DNA of 64,000 nucleotides, taken from NCBI GenBank assembly GCA_965218785.1, contig OZ244650.1, positions 1,664,001-1,728,000 on the forward strand. Direction: 5' to 3'. The stretch is from Nitrosopumilus sp. (lineage in GTDB: Archaea; Thermoproteota; Nitrososphaeria; Nitrososphaerales; Nitrosopumilaceae). Numbering within the stretch: position 1 is the stretch's first letter; every line of letters starts with the position of its first letter. A program made the translations under genes and the position numbers. Shown in pieces: positions 61,799 through 64,000 of the stretch. Under the pieces are notes generated by a model. The model had not been told where the DNA came from and did no database searches. It saw nothing but the letters and a program-made list of their open reading frames with translations.

Positions 61799-61812
61799 TT
61801 TTATTTAATAAA
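61799..61812 (-). promoter_or_regulatory. displaced TATA box of the 59907-60562 gene
   Basis: Reverse complement TTTATTAAATAAAA lies ~20-30 bp upstream of the ATG once the IS is removed. Confidence 0.55.
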
Positions 61813-62940
61813 GATTAGTGATAATTTACCGCCTAATTCACACGATCTGCCGGTGGGCGTGCCAGACAGACGAGTATTGCAGTGGATCCTGAGAGTTACG
61901 GGGCGCCATCACACAGGAGACGTGATTATCTTTGAGATGCGGGAAAAACAGAAGAATGATCTTGCAGAGTACCCCGCCGGCAGACCCGCCGTAAGGATAG
62001 CTGATCGTGTCTCGCCGAAAAGATTTCATCAAGTAATAAACACCGCGCTTTCACAGGCACCGCCCGCAACCGATCAAGACACCCCCAAAGTTTCTTGTCC
62101 CAAACCACCGAATCATTTCGTTAAACAAGGCACAACTGCCGTTATCCATACCTCGGTCTGAAGACTCCCCCACATGTCGATTCTTACACGTATCATAGAT
62201 TCTCCCTCCTTCTTAATGATTTTACTTGTTTTTTGGGGATCTGCCCCACAGGATGCGGCGTATTTTGGTGACAAGTTCGTCACTGCACTAGAACCCGCAC
62301 CCACCGCCACGAACAATCATACGATCAGCCCCCCGGATTTCAAATTAGATCATGTTACTATTGTACAACAGTGGTTTGACGACTAGTCCCAAGATCGTTT
62401 TGGGCGCTTAGCCGATTTTCGGCGGGAAAAAATCGAACTCTCCAACAAACTCATCAATCTTTTTCAGTTACCTGTTTGAGAATATCAAGATGAGTCTTCA
62501 TTGTGTAATGTTTGGTGATGTTGTTTTTCAAATTATCTGGTGTCACTTAGAATGGCATAATCTGAGAAATCTGTCTGTGTATAGTTCTTTGGGACGGGGT
62601 TAAACGCGCATAAACTCTGTTTTCATAAAGAGATACTTGGTCCATTGCTATTTCGTCTTTTTCATCCATATGATGAGAGTTATGATAAAAACCACTGAAA
62701 TCACAAATACAAGTATTCCTGGCAAAAAATGGAGATCCCCCCGGGGGGGGAAATCCACTGCAACTCCACATGGGTAGTCATGGATCCTCTGAACAATCTT
62801 TAAGACCAATTAATAAACAAACACCGTTTTGTGTTAATCTCATATTTTCTGGACAGTTTGATTCAGTTTCGATCTCTTGTCCAAATGCGGCAACTAATAA
62901 AATCAGGAATATTTGGATCATAATAAAAAAGAAATTGGGA

Positions 62941-63618
62941 TTATGGACTTTGATTGTCTTTGTATTCTTTAGTTATTTGTTTGATGGTTTCCTTAGCATC
63001 TAAAAGTTCGATGGGGTTTTCATGATGATATTTCTTACCAAACTCTGTCTGAATCGTGGATTCACCATTCTTTATTTTATAAAATGATGTAAAACCGCCT
63101 AATTCAAGACCTCTATCATGCGAAAGACCTGTATCATAATCAAAAAAGATGTCATGGTCAATTAAGAAGATACCCTTGTCACCTACTTGATAATCCATTG
63201 CATCATGTGAAATAAAACGAGCCTTTACGCCATTGGCTTCACCGATTGCATCCCTTACATTTCCATCATAGACTGTAACAAATTCTGAATCTATTCCATA
63301 ATCATCTTTGAGAATCTCTTTGATTTGTATGGTAACTTTGGCTCTTGGAACAAGATAGGTATCAAATACCACTTTATTACCGTCTGCATCTGTTTCTGTG
63401 AATTCTTCAATGAATTTCTGGATTTGAACATCTTGGATTTTGCCTTCAACAACTATTGCAACTGCGTCAATTTCTTCTTCAAAAGTACGATCAGAATATT
63501 GAGCATGACCTGTGACGATAGTTATTCCAGGAGGAGCTAGCTCATTTATTCCATAGATTGTTGAGCCGGCCGCAACTAGTAAAACCACAGCAATCATGCT
63601 AAATTTTTTGTTAATCAT
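62941..63618 (-). CDS. secreted/anchored hypothetical protein coupled to the metalloprotease
   Basis: N-terminal TM; IVVEGKI..V; 4-bp overlap with the upstream stop. Confidence 0.78.
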   Translation of the reverse strand: MINKKFSMIAVVLLVAAGSTIYGINELAPPGITIVTGHAQYSDRTFEEEIDAVAIVVEGKIQDVQIQKFIEEFTETDADGNKVVFDTYLVPRAKVTIQIKEILKDDYGIDSEFVTVYDGNVRDAIGEANGVKARFISHDAMDYQVGDKGIFLIDHDIFFDYDTGLSHDRGLELGGFTSFYKIKNGESTIQTEFGKKYHHENPIELLDAKETIKQITKEYKDNQSP

Positions 63619-64000
63619 GGGTATCTGGCCTCCAAATCGTCCCTGTCAATCATTGTGGCTGTATATCCATCTGAGCCAAACTCGTATAGATAAAAGACAA
63701 TGCTATCACTTGATGAATTATGGTCAATTCCCATAGCATGAAATAGTTCATGACCTAGAGTTTTTCTTATGTCATAGATTGGAGGATCTGCAGATTCATT
63801 TTCAGCAAGACCAAACTTGACATAATTAGCACGGTCATTGATTTTGACGGTCATCTTTGTAAAGTGATTATCTTTACCATTGCACCACCACCCAAACCAA
63901 CCCGGATCAGTACAGTGGAGGTCATAGATAGCAGTACCCATAACACGACGTTCAAGATTAGCACCTGTAATGTAGCTGTCAGCAACTGAAACTCTATCAA
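63615..64000 (-). CDS. matrixin-like zinc metalloprotease (5' end outside window)
   Basis: HELFHAMGIDH (HExxHxxGxxH); frame stays open to the window edge. Confidence 0.85.
   Translation of the reverse strand, partial: DRVSVADSYITGANLERRVMGTAIYDLHCTDPGWFGWWCNGKDNHFTKMTVKINDRANYVKFGLAENESADPPIYDIRKTLGHELFHAMGIDHNSSSDSIVFYLYEFGSDGYTATMIDRDDLEARYP

Noticed and set aside
61830-62780. Short overlapping ORFs and a C6G8 run right of the IS
   Set aside because: GC-rich decayed DNA, possibly mobile-element debris, but no assignable motif or termini

Overview
Chromosomal window from an ammonia-oxidising archaeon (Nitrosopumilaceae, Nitrosopumilus-like). The evidence is an archaeal histone, rpS17e/rpL37e/Lsm, HP/HB carbon-fixation genes (4-hydroxybutyrate-CoA ligase and 4-hydroxybutyryl-CoA dehydratase) and a complete urea locus (DUR3, ureABC, ureEFGD). 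Four intact tRNAs are present (Cys-GCA, Thr-CGT, Val-TAC, Ala-CGC), plus several small genes missed by the ORF track. Core genes are interrupted by accessory patches. (i) At 6.7-8.0 kb, two membrane/secreted genes are punctuated by a repeat that encodes the start/signal anchor of one gene and contains the stop of the previous one (MKTR.../...NEN*). This is an integron-like cassette layout and the best candidate for an undescribed system. (ii) A decayed toxin/immunity-like pair lies inside the urease locus. (iii) An integrase relic follows tRNA-Val. (iv) An island runs from a tRNA 3' fragment (att-like, ~52.5 kb) to the window end. It holds two copies of a TA-flanked ~125-bp MITE bracketing a NarX-like two-component module, a dead IS481 with a 15-bp target duplication that separates a gene from its promoter, and a metzincin. 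Four intergenic regions fold by eye into long stems and are ncRNA candidates. All family calls come from motif recognition; no searches or folding programs were run.
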